DNA from: a virus | Lineage: Duplodnaviria > Caudoviricetes | Direction: 5' to 3' (one strand) | DNA length: 59,109 bases | IMG/VR virus record: IMGVR_UViG_3300032246_000466 | Span: 1 to 59,109 of that record | Shown here: positions 32,033 through 40,833 of the stretch, in pieces | Layout of the letters: each line of letters begins with the position of its first letter | How positions within the stretch are numbered: the first letter of the stretch is position 1 | The notes under the pieces: model-generated | The model's input: only the letters and a program-made list of their open reading frames with translations | What the model was told of the DNA's origin: nothing | The model's database searches: none | Position numbers and translations under genes: made by a program

Positions 32033-32185
32033 ATGAACGAAAAAGTGGAACAAAACAATCAAAAACAGCCCGAGAAACCTGGCCCTAAGCCAAATGAACA
32101 CGGGGGTTTTTATTTTTCTTCCGGAATAAAAATAACAGACCCAAACACTAAAGAAGTACTGGTTCACATGCGAGGCGATAATTAA
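32033..32185 (+). CDS. Small 50-aa protein not in the ORF track, probably virion-associated
   Basis: MNEKVEQNNQKQPEKPGPKPNEHGGFYFSSGIKITDPNTKEVLVHMRGDN*. It fills the gap exactly, follows a TAAATA box, and its TAA overlaps the next ATG (TAATG). Confidence 0.75.
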   Translation: MNEKVEQNNQKQPEKPGPKPNEHGGFYFSSGIKITDPNTKEVLVHMRGDN

Positions 32186-32805
32186 TGTCAGTAATAACAC
32201 TATCATATAAAATAGAAGGGTTTTTGAAAATCTACGATCCCAATGACGGGGAAATATTTGTAGATAAGAAAAATGCTATTAATTACGAAAATATGTCAGA
32301 AGCTATTGCTGACACATTAAGCAGTCGTGGTTTTGGTGAAATCTATGAAATGGCTTTTGGTAACGGCGGGGCCAGCGTATCTGATACCGGAGTTATCACG
32401 TATTTGCCACCAAACGTTACTGGACAGAATGCAGCACTGTATAATCAAACTTACGCTAAAATCGTTGACGATACTAGTGTTTTTAATTTAGATCCTACAC
32501 GTAACAAGATGACTGTTACCCATACAACGGGCAAATATTATACTGATATTTTGGTACAATGTTTGCTAGATTACGGCGAACCAGCAGGTCAAGCAGCATT
32601 TGATAATAGCACACAAACTGATAGTTCTTATATTTTTGACGAATTGGGTTTACTTGCTAATTACGGGTCAGATAGTTCAGGAGCAATTATCACACGACTA
32701 TTAACCCACGTGATTTTTCACCCTGTACAAAAGAGTTTAAATAGGCAAATTCAAATTGATTACACTGTCAGAATTCAAAGTTTGACGAATTTAGTAACAA
32801 TATAA
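32185..32805 (+). CDS. Baseplate / tail-fibre attachment (tail-collar-like) protein
   Basis: Motifs EMAFGNGG...YLPPN...LYNQTY, LDYGEP, FDELGL and FHPVQKSLNR.IQIDYTVRI resemble fibre-anchoring collar domains; located between the wedge and fibre genes. Confidence 0.5.
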   Translation: MSVITLSYKIEGFLKIYDPNDGEIFVDKKNAINYENMSEAIADTLSSRGFGEIYEMAFGNGGASVSDTGVITYLPPNVTGQNAALYNQTYAKIVDDTSVFNLDPTRNKMTVTHTTGKYYTDILVQCLLDYGEPAGQAAFDNSTQTDSSYIFDELGLLANYGSDSSGAIITRLLTHVIFHPVQKSLNRQIQIDYTVRIQSLTNLVTI

Positions 32806-32813
32806 GATAAATA
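32806..32813 (+). promoter_or_regulatory. T4-type late promoter-like box (GATAAATA)
   Basis: Intergenic, followed by a GGAG ribosome-binding site and the start at 32837. Confidence 0.55.
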
Positions 32814-32836
32814 ACAGATATCGGAGTAATTTTAAA

Positions 32837-34084
32837 ATGGCATATACAATTGTAAAAAGTAATGGTCAAGTACTGACAACCATTGCTGATGGTACTATCA
32901 ACACTAGCAGTACTTCCCTAGCATTACCGGGTAGGAACTATGCTGGGTACGGAGCATACTTAGATACAAACTTTGTACACCAACTAGAAAACTATGCTAA
33001 CGCAAGTCCTCCTGCTAATCCATTAGCAGGTCAGTTGTGGTATAACACTAACTCAAATACAATGTATGTTTGCCCTGCAGATGGAACAAGTTCAGCTAGC
33101 AATTGGTTAGCACTAACTTCAACATCTAGTGGTGGAACAACAACGTTTGGTGCAGTTACAGTTACTGGAAATATTGGTGCAAACAATATGACTATTACTG
33201 GAGCTATTACTGCAAATTCTATCACAGTAACTACTGCAACAGTAACTGCAAATGCTACTATTGCTACTGCAAATATAACAACAGGCAATATTGGAACATT
33301 AAACACTACTACAATAACAACTGGTAGTGCAACAACTGCCGGTACATTTACAGGGACTTGGACATTGAACGGTACAGGGACAGCAAACTCTGTTGCTGGT
33401 ACAGGTCTTTATATTAACTCAGGTAATATCGTAGTCAATAATGCAGGTAATTCGTATGGTATTAAAACTGATAGATATATGTATGCAAATGGTACACCAA
33501 TTAGCTTTGCAGGTACATACAACAATGGTAACGTATATGATTATTTGACTGGTTCAAATGCAGTTTCTCAATTTGCCGGTGTAATTGCTCCTTCTTCTGT
33601 AACAACAGCAAACATCACTACCGGTGGAAACACAGTTGCAGGACAAATTACAGGTAACTGGACATTAACATCTGGTTCTAGATTACTAGCAACATATGCT
33701 GACTTGGCAGAACGCTTTGCAGCAGATGCCTATTATGATGCAGGAACCGTAGTTGAATTGGGCGGAGAACAAGAAATTACTAGTGTAAAATATGAATTAA
33801 GTGAAGATATTTTTGGTGTTATCTCTGACTCTGCTGCTTACTTGATGAATTCAGGTGCAGGTACTGATACTACTCACCCGCCGGTAGCTATGACAGGGCG
33901 TGTTCAAGTAAAAGTCACTGGTATAGTAAAGAAGGGTGACCGTCTAGTTAGTGCAGGCAACGGAATAGCAAGAGCAGCTAAAATAGGTGAAGCAACTGCA
34001 TTTAACGTAATTGGTCGTGCATTAGCTAATAAATTTGATGATAGTATTGGTACTGTGTTAGCAACTGTCACGGTATCAAAATAA
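32837..34084 (+). CDS. Tail fibre/spike protein with C-terminal autocleaving intramolecular chaperone (peptidase G2-like)
   Basis: N-terminal LENYA...PPANPLAGQLWYN fibre-head motif, Thr-rich beta shaft, and C-terminal YADLAERF...GTVV..GG..EIT...FGVIS...AYLMN...PVAMTGRVQVKV.G.VKKGDRLVS...VIGRAL. Confidence 0.7.
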   Translation: MAYTIVKSNGQVLTTIADGTINTSSTSLALPGRNYAGYGAYLDTNFVHQLENYANASPPANPLAGQLWYNTNSNTMYVCPADGTSSASNWLALTSTSSGGTTTFGAVTVTGNIGANNMTITGAITANSITVTTATVTANATIATANITTGNIGTLNTTTITTGSATTAGTFTGTWTLNGTGTANSVAGTGLYINSGNIVVNNAGNSYGIKTDRYMYANGTPISFAGTYNNGNVYDYLTGSNAVSQFAGVIAPSSVTTANITTGGNTVAGQITGNWTLTSGSRLLATYADLAERFAADAYYDAGTVVELGGEQEITSVKYELSEDIFGVISDSAAYLMNSGAGTDTTHPPVAMTGRVQVKVTGIVKKGDRLVSAGNGIARAAKIGEATAFNVIGRALANKFDDSIGTVLATVTVSK

Positions 34085-34093
34085 GGATTTAAA

Positions 34094-35035
34094 ATGACAT
34101 ACGCACAATATGGACAAATTGCAGCAGCGGATTATAATACTTTAGTAGGTACTAATCCAAACACTACATCAGGTACACTAAACACGGTTTGGTCTACTGG
34201 TGGAACAACTGCTGGATATGGTCAAACTGCAATCGCAACTATAGCTACCGGAGACTCTGTTGCTGCTGCAAACTGGGCAAATCTTGTAAACAAAACTTCA
34301 AATTCAGCTTCTCATCAAGGAACATCAATTACTAGTGTTACTGCTCCGGTAGCAGGTGGAACAGTAACTTACTTGTCTGCAATACCTACTAATTTAACAA
34401 CTATTTACACAAGTAGATTGAATGCAGCTACACAAGGTAGTACTACTGCTAATACTGCAACACGTGGAAGTTCATGGTCAACACAGATTTTGTTTACACA
34501 TACTGTAACATTTGCAAACGGTGATGCTGCTAGGTATTTCTTTAACTCAGGCGGTCAATTAAAAATAACTTGTTCGCAACCTACTGGTACAGCAATTGAT
34601 AACTTATGGAATGCATTGGCAACTGCTGTAGGTACAATTACTATTAGCGCACCATCGTCAGGTACTGCAACTATAGCTAGCACTTCATACACCGGTGTTA
34701 AGAAAGTAGGCGGCAGCGGAACACCTACCGTAAGTACAAATAATGGGTACTATGCACTAACTACTGCAAATGCAAATATATTTTCTCAAACGGCAGCAAC
34801 TGGGCCAAGCGGATACTTAGGTTCATATATTAGCGTTAACGTTAAAAGTAATGGAACCCAAGGTTCTAATGGTGACACAGGTAGTATTATAACAATTTAT
34901 ACACTTTGGGATGAAGTTCCAGATGGTTATTCAGTAGCACTTGGTGCAGCAACAACTGTAACAGCACAAGCACCCGAAACTACTTACTTAGCTAATACTT
35001 GGGGAACAATCTCCGTTACTGGAACTGTAGCATAA
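34094..35035 (+). CDS. Thr/Gly/Ala/Ser-rich virion structural protein (fibre-associated)
   Basis: 313-aa ORF with an AAGGA ribosome-binding site; beta-rich composition; motif VTFANGDAARYFFNSGG; last gene of the structural block. Confidence 0.55.
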   Translation: MTYAQYGQIAAADYNTLVGTNPNTTSGTLNTVWSTGGTTAGYGQTAIATIATGDSVAAANWANLVNKTSNSASHQGTSITSVTAPVAGGTVTYLSAIPTNLTTIYTSRLNAATQGSTTANTATRGSSWSTQILFTHTVTFANGDAARYFFNSGGQLKITCSQPTGTAIDNLWNALATAVGTITISAPSSGTATIASTSYTGVKKVGGSGTPTVSTNNGYYALTTANANIFSQTAATGPSGYLGSYISVNVKSNGTQGSNGDTGSIITIYTLWDEVPDGYSVALGAATTVTAQAPETTYLANTWGTISVTGTVA

Positions 35036-35061
35036 TTTTTTTCACATTGTCTTTATATCCA

Positions 35062-35069
35062 TCTAAATA
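35062..35069 (+). promoter_or_regulatory. Late promoter-like box (TCTAAATA) at the head of the enzyme cluster
   Basis: In the 49-nt gap, followed by AGGAG (35075-35079) and ATG 35085. Confidence 0.5.
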
Positions 35070-35084
35070 CTCATAGGAGTACTC

Positions 35085-35390
35085 ATGGATACAAAGACAC
35101 TAATCACCGAAGCCAAAGCCCGCTTCAATCATAACTCAGCCAAAGCATATCTCAAAGACAAGTACGATAGTAAGTTTATTGTAGCCGATCAGGCTGGACT
35201 TTGGAGAGCCAATTTAGAAACTATTAACTTTTTAAACGCATCTACCGATGAACAGGTAATATTAATTGATACTTTTAATAATCCTGTAAAAATTAATAGA
35301 CCTGATCTGCTTCAGAAACTTAATGATACCTATAAAAATACTATGGAAGAATGGTACAATGAATGGGTTGAACTAGAGAAGAAAAGATGA
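35085..35390 (+). CDS. Hypothetical 101-aa helical protein
   Basis: Strong AGGAG ribosome-binding site; ATGA overlap with the next gene; motif VILIDTFNNPVKI. Confidence 0.7.
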   Translation: MDTKTLITEAKARFNHNSAKAYLKDKYDSKFIVADQAGLWRANLETINFLNASTDEQVILIDTFNNPVKINRPDLLQKLNDTYKNTMEEWYNEWVELEKKR

Positions 35391-36193
35391 GCAAAGGGGC
35401 ACTACTTTTTGCATTCAATAGTCCAAAATATAATTACTATGAAATGGCAGTAGCAACTGCTAAACGTATTAATCATTTTTTGAATATACCTGTTACATTA
35501 GTGACAGATAGTGAATCATTACCAGTTAAACAATCATATCAATTTGATAACATTGTTATGGCTCCTGCTGATAAGTCTAACAAAAGAGATTGGGGACTGT
35601 GGTATAACAAGGGTAGATATCGTGCATATCAGTTAAGTCCATATGATGAAACTATATTGTTGGATACAGATTACATGGTTAACTCAAACAAACTACTAAA
35701 GACATTTGAATTGCCTACTGATTTTTGCTGCCATGATACAACTAGTTATTTGATGTACCCAAATGCAGGACAAGAAGCACTAAGCGCAAATGGATTTAAC
35801 ACACTTTGGGCTACTGCTGTAACCTTTAAGAAAACAAAAAGAGTAGAACAAATATTCAATAGTCTAGCAATGATTCAACAGAATTTCCGTCACTATGCAA
35901 ATATACACGGGTTTATCTCGTCTACTTTTCGCAATGATTATGGTTTAACACTAGCAACAAGAATGGTGAATGGACATACTATGCCTAAGGAAGATATTAT
36001 CCCTTGGAATTTGCTGCACATAGGTAATAAAACTACAGTGCATAAAAATTCAAATGATGAATTTAACACAGAATATACTGTAATGTTTGACAACTGGACT
36101 AGGGGTAAGATTCGCAAAGAGTATATCACTATCAAAGATACAGATTTTCATGTTATGATAAAAGAAAACTTTATGGAGCTAATAAGTGAATAA
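35387..36193 (+). CDS. GT-A fold nucleotide-diphospho-sugar transferase (GT8-like)
   Basis: N-terminal beta strand GALLFAFN and K..AYQLSPYDETILLDTDY with a DxD motif; later RNDY. Confidence 0.6.
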   Translation: MSKGALLFAFNSPKYNYYEMAVATAKRINHFLNIPVTLVTDSESLPVKQSYQFDNIVMAPADKSNKRDWGLWYNKGRYRAYQLSPYDETILLDTDYMVNSNKLLKTFELPTDFCCHDTTSYLMYPNAGQEALSANGFNTLWATAVTFKKTKRVEQIFNSLAMIQQNFRHYANIHGFISSTFRNDYGLTLATRMVNGHTMPKEDIIPWNLLHIGNKTTVHKNSNDEFNTEYTVMFDNWTRGKIRKEYITIKDTDFHVMIKENFMELISE

Positions 36194-36926
36194 AGGTTTT
36201 GTAATAATGGCTCAGGATACTGAGACAACAAGTTATACTAACTGTGCTAAAACATTACGTAATAGCATAGTAAAAGTAATGCCCGACGCTAATGTAACTA
36301 TCATCACGACTGATATGCTACCTCACGGTAATCTGAGTGGCTTTGCAAATGATTGGCAAGTATATGAAGCAAGCCCATACGACTATACAATCAAACTAGA
36401 AGCTGACATGTATATTCCACGTAATATAGATCATTGGTGGGATGTACTCAAGGACAGAGATTTAGTTGTATCAAATACTATCAGGAACTTTAAACAAGAG
36501 ATATCTGACATAAGATTCTATCGTAGATTTGTTGATGACAACAAATTACCAGACGTTTACAATGCTATAACTTATTTTAAGAAATCTGATACAGCACAAG
36601 CCTTTTTTAATATAGTTAAAGATATCTTTGAAAATTGGGAAGAATACAAAAAAATATTAAAATGTAATCCACAAGAACCAGCTTCTACTGACTGGGTATA
36701 CTCTATTGCATGTCATATTATGGGTGTGGAAAAGACTATTTTACCCTCATTTACAGAGATGAGTATAGTGCATATGAAACAACATATAAATATGATTCCA
36801 ACGGAAGATTGGACAGACTCGTTGATATACGAATGCTTGCCTGATCAAATTAGAATTCAGACGATACCCCAGCAGTACCCTTTTCACTATCATGTGAAAT
36901 CCTTTTGTGATAAAATTAAAGTATGA
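36186..36926 (+). CDS. GT-A fold glycosyltransferase-like paralog (DxD replaced by EAD)
   Basis: GTG start; KGFVIMAQ...VYEASPYDYTIKLEADM aligns by eye with SPYDETILLDTD of the upstream gene; both share a (V/I)T(F/Y)(F)KK(S/T) segment. Confidence 0.55.
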   Translation: MNKGFVIMAQDTETTSYTNCAKTLRNSIVKVMPDANVTIITTDMLPHGNLSGFANDWQVYEASPYDYTIKLEADMYIPRNIDHWWDVLKDRDLVVSNTIRNFKQEISDIRFYRRFVDDNKLPDVYNAITYFKKSDTAQAFFNIVKDIFENWEEYKKILKCNPQEPASTDWVYSIACHIMGVEKTILPSFTEMSIVHMKQHINMIPTEDWTDSLIYECLPDQIRIQTIPQQYPFHYHVKSFCDKIKV

Positions 36927-37273
36927 ATAATTCCGAAGAAGATTACATTATTCTATGGGAAGCGCCCAAACTAGAACCACCTGAGTTAAGACTCTATTAC
37001 AACAGTGAAGGTAAGGTCATTTGTTACTGCGGGGACAAATCCGTAGAAGGTGATAATTACATTGTAATTGATTCACATACATTCTCTGAGGGTCGCCCTG
37101 ATGTCAGGGTAATCGATGGAAAAATTTCATCCATGTCTCCTAATGCAATTGTAGAAAAGTTGATGCCAGATAATGTTGAAGGTGTATGTTGTCATCCAGA
37201 TGATATTAGCATCATAGTTTCTGAAACAGAAGAACACACAAAATGGAAAATAAATCTATATGAACTCAAATAA
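36923..37273 (+). CDS. Hypothetical 116-aa protein
   Basis: Overlaps both neighbours (ATGA at the start); motif RLYYNSEGKVICY. Confidence 0.65.
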   Translation: MNNSEEDYIILWEAPKLEPPELRLYYNSEGKVICYCGDKSVEGDNYIVIDSHTFSEGRPDVRVIDGKISSMSPNAIVEKLMPDNVEGVCCHPDDISIIVSETEEHTKWKINLYELK

Positions 37274-38213
37274 CATCATTGATGTAGCAGACTTAGATTG
37301 TATCTATTTAAGTTATGATGAGCCACAGAAAGAAGAATTTTGGCTTAAGATAAAGAACATGATACCTTGGGCTAAACGTGTAGACAGCATTAAAGGTAGT
37401 GATGCTGCTCACAAAGCAGCAGGTCTAGCTAGTGACACAGAACGATTCATTCTAATCGACGGTGACAACATGCCAGAAGAAAGTTTCTTCAACATGCAAT
37501 TAGACTTCAACGGTAAAGAACCCAAATTCAAGATAGCACAGTTTCGTTGGAAAGCGATTAACTCTATTAACGGATTACGTTATGGTAATGGCGGTATGAG
37601 CAGTTGGACAAAGACATATGTTGCTAACATGCAAACCCATGAGAATCAAAAAGACGGCGATGTTGCACGTATTGCTGATTTCTGTATGGATGGCAAAGAT
37701 AATTTATACTGGGCAATGCATGATTGTTATTCTACTACTTATCCTAATTATACTCCGTTTCAAGCGTGGCGTGCTGGATTCCGTGAAGGAGTAAAAATGG
37801 TTCTTGATAAAGGTGCAAGACCTGATATCAATACATTTAAAGAAACCGTTGCTAGTCGCAACTTAAACAACTTAACTATATGGCACAATGTTGGTAGTGA
37901 TGTTGAGAATGGCATTTGGGCTATATATGGCGCACGACTTGGTACATATATGACTATGTTAACTGAGTGGGAACATACCAATGTGCAATGGTTTGATAAC
38001 TATATTACATTGTGGGAAGAACAAGAATATAGAGATCCAGAACGTGAATCTACACTATTGGGTGCAGCATTGAGTGACAAACTTGGGTTACCTATGTGTA
38101 GACTAGGCAAAGAACAAAGCAAATTCTTTAAGCGACATTACAACGCAGACAAACACAATTTAGGTCCACTTGTTACAGAGATGGATGTTATACGTAAAAT
38201 CGAAGGATGGTAA
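37260..38213 (+). CDS. GT-A-like glycosyltransferase candidate
   Basis: CIYLSYDEP...RVDSIKGSDAAHKAA...TERFILIDGDN (DxD), then NGLRYGNGG and FQAWRAGFREGVKM. Confidence 0.55.
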   Translation: MNSNNIIDVADLDCIYLSYDEPQKEEFWLKIKNMIPWAKRVDSIKGSDAAHKAAGLASDTERFILIDGDNMPEESFFNMQLDFNGKEPKFKIAQFRWKAINSINGLRYGNGGMSSWTKTYVANMQTHENQKDGDVARIADFCMDGKDNLYWAMHDCYSTTYPNYTPFQAWRAGFREGVKMVLDKGARPDINTFKETVASRNLNNLTIWHNVGSDVENGIWAIYGARLGTYMTMLTEWEHTNVQWFDNYITLWEEQEYRDPERESTLLGAALSDKLGLPMCRLGKEQSKFFKRHYNADKHNLGPLVTEMDVIRKIEGW

Positions 38214-39607
38214 TGAGTAGTGAACACCAAAGAATTCAAGACATTAAGATAAAGGTTGAGGGTGAAGTAGGGCCTACCTTTTGTCTTGCAAAATGGCATC
38301 ACGTAACAATGTACTTACAAACAGGTGAGACACACAGTTGTTATCACCCTAAACCGCACAAGATACCGTTAGCTGAATTGAAGGATAACCCTTCTGCATT
38401 GCATAATACACAAGAGAAAAAAGAAGAACGCAAATTAATGCTTGCTGGAGGTAAGCCAACAGGTTGTCAATATTGTTGGAACATTGAAGCAATGGGTCCA
38501 GACTATATCAGCGACCGTCATATTCGCAATGCTAGTATCTTTACAGAAGAACGTTATGAACAAACAGTTAACGGTCCATGGGATCAAAACATTAACCCAG
38601 AATACTTAGAGATTAACTTTGGCAACGAATGTAACTTCAAGTGTGGTTACTGTCATCCAAAATACAGTACAAGTTTCTATAATGAAATCAAGGTCAATGG
38701 TCCTGTAACTACAGTTAAGAATCATCGTTGTGATGTTGACTGGATGAAATTATATCAACGTGAAGAAGATAATCCTTACGTAGATGCATTTTGGAAATGG
38801 TGGCCTGAATTACGCAAAACATTAAACATCATGCGTGTGACAGGAGGCGAGCCTACTATGCACACAAGCACATGGAAATTATTGAAAGAGATTGACAATG
38901 ACCCTATGCCCTGGCTAGAGTTAAATATTAACAGCAACTTAGGTACTAAGACAGGATTAGTTGAAAAGTTAAGCGACAGTGTTAAACAGTTATGCGATGA
39001 TGGTAAAATTCGTGCGTTTAAATTGTTTACTAGTTTAGATACATGGGGGCCCAAAGCTGAATATATTCGCACTGGGTTAGATTTAGAGTTATGGGAAAAG
39101 AACTTTCACACTTATCTTACTAGAACTAACAGCCCAATCACGTTTATGATTACGTTTAACATCTTTAGTGTAACTACCTTTAAAGAGTATTTGGCTAAAT
39201 TTTTAGAATGGCGTGAACAGTATGGTTGGTATGATGATATTAAAAGTCATCGTGTGCGTTTTGATACTCCATACTTACGTGACCCAATACAGTATGATAT
39301 GAATATTCTTCCTAAAGAAGAATTTATGCCCTACATGCACGAAGCATTAGAGTTTATGTTAGCTAACGTAGATGATAATGCAAGTAATAAATTTACTACA
39401 GTTGAGTATGAGAAGTTCAAGCGTGTAGTAGATTATATGGCCGAAACTGTTTATCCCGATGATAAATTAATAGAAGGCCGAAGAGATTTCTACAATTGGT
39501 TCAATGAATTGGATGAGCGTAGAGATACCGATATGTTAGCTATTTTCCCAGAATATATGGGATTCTATAGATTGTGTCAAGAAATTAATCAATTAAACCC
39601 ACTATGA
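38213..39607 (+). CDS. Radical SAM protein with N-terminal twitch (half-SPASM) domain
   Basis: N-terminal FCLAKW...HSCYH...CQYC; radical SAM motif CNFKCGYC; TGGEP. Start set at ATG 38213 (TAATG coupling). Confidence 0.85.
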   Translation: MSSEHQRIQDIKIKVEGEVGPTFCLAKWHHVTMYLQTGETHSCYHPKPHKIPLAELKDNPSALHNTQEKKEERKLMLAGGKPTGCQYCWNIEAMGPDYISDRHIRNASIFTEERYEQTVNGPWDQNINPEYLEINFGNECNFKCGYCHPKYSTSFYNEIKVNGPVTTVKNHRCDVDWMKLYQREEDNPYVDAFWKWWPELRKTLNIMRVTGGEPTMHTSTWKLLKEIDNDPMPWLELNINSNLGTKTGLVEKLSDSVKQLCDDGKIRAFKLFTSLDTWGPKAEYIRTGLDLELWEKNFHTYLTRTNSPITFMITFNIFSVTTFKEYLAKFLEWREQYGWYDDIKSHRVRFDTPYLRDPIQYDMNILPKEEFMPYMHEALEFMLANVDDNASNKFTTVEYEKFKRVVDYMAETVYPDDKLIEGRRDFYNWFNELDERRDTDMLAIFPEYMGFYRLCQEINQLNPL

Positions 39608-40833
39608 ATAAAGAATATCATTTAAAAGAAAGTAAAACATTTTGCATGGTCCCATGGGTCCATTTGCATACTACACCAACGGGTGTTGCTGCACCTTGTT
39701 GCATCTCAGAATCTGCTTCTACAGTCAATGGCGTGGGCAATACTAAAACTCAATCATTTCTAGAACTTGTAAATAGTAAAAAAATGAAACAGTTACGAGT
39801 GGATATGCTTAATGAAGTTAGTAATTCTGAATGCACTAAGTGCTATGAACAAGAAAAAGTAAATATTAAAACTTTTCGGCAAGATTCTAATAGAAAATTT
39901 ACACATTATTACGATGAAGCACTAGCTAATACAACCGATGAAGGTGAAGTGACTCAATTCAAAATGAAATACTTTGATATTCGTTTCAGTAACATTTGTA
40001 ATTTTAAATGCAGATCGTGCGGATCAGACTTCAGTACACAATGGGAACAGGAAGATATAAAAAATAAAGTATCTTATGCTAGAATTATTCCTAAAAATGA
40101 TAATCCAAAATTTTTGCAGGAAGTATTAGATCAAATAGAATTTATGGATACCGCATATTTTGCAGGTGGTGAGCCGTTGATTACTGAGGAACATTATATC
40201 TTATTAGAAGAAATGATTAAACAAAACCGCACTGATATTCAATTAAGATATAATACTAACCTTAGTAATTTAAAATTTAAAGATAAAGATTTGCTCAGTT
40301 TATGGAAACATTTTAAACATAGAATTCAAATATCAGCTAGCGTGGATCATTACGGTGAACGTGCAGAATATATTAGACACGGGACTGATTGGACAAAAGT
40401 AGAAGAAAACTTTACTCAAGTAAAGAAAACTCCATATGTAAATTTAACCATGAATACTGTGTTGAGCGTGTTTAATCTATTAACTATATACGAATTTTAC
40501 CAATATTTGATAGATAAACAGTTGTTTACTCCAGCCGACGATATATATTCTTTACATAACATGTCTCACCCATTACATATTTCTTACCATATTTTACCAA
40601 ACGAATATAAATTAAAGGGCAAAGAGAGTTTAGAAAAAACTGTTAAACTATTAACAGATAATAGTTTTAAAACTATTCAAATAAATCAAATCAAACAAGC
40701 ATTGGCTTGTTTGACTTCACAAAATATTTGGGAAGAACAAAAAGATAAATTTAAAAGTGAAATTCACCGATTAGATAAAATACGCGGGGAAGATTTCTGC
40801 AAGACTTTTCCAGAACTAGCAGGATTACTATGA
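39604..40833 (+). CDS. Radical SAM protein with N-terminal twitch domain
   Basis: FCMVPW...APCC...CTKC; CNFKCRSC; FAGGEP; YNTN; C-terminal LDKIRGEDFCKTFPEL. Confidence 0.9.
   Translation: MNKEYHLKESKTFCMVPWVHLHTTPTGVAAPCCISESASTVNGVGNTKTQSFLELVNSKKMKQLRVDMLNEVSNSECTKCYEQEKVNIKTFRQDSNRKFTHYYDEALANTTDEGEVTQFKMKYFDIRFSNICNFKCRSCGSDFSTQWEQEDIKNKVSYARIIPKNDNPKFLQEVLDQIEFMDTAYFAGGEPLITEEHYILLEEMIKQNRTDIQLRYNTNLSNLKFKDKDLLSLWKHFKHRIQISASVDHYGERAEYIRHGTDWTKVEENFTQVKKTPYVNLTMNTVLSVFNLLTIYEFYQYLIDKQLFTPADDIYSLHNMSHPLHISYHILPNEYKLKGKESLEKTVKLLTDNSFKTIQINQIKQALACLTSQNIWEEQKDKFKSEIHRLDKIRGEDFCKTFPELAGLL

Noticed and set aside
32837-33700. N-x-S/T sequons in the fibre as evidence of N-glycosylation
   Set aside because: I counted about 10 sequons among roughly 35 Asn residues, which is what the very high Ser/Thr content predicts by chance.
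35036-35061. Rho-independent terminator after the structural block
   Set aside because: A T-run is present but there is no GC-rich stem before it.
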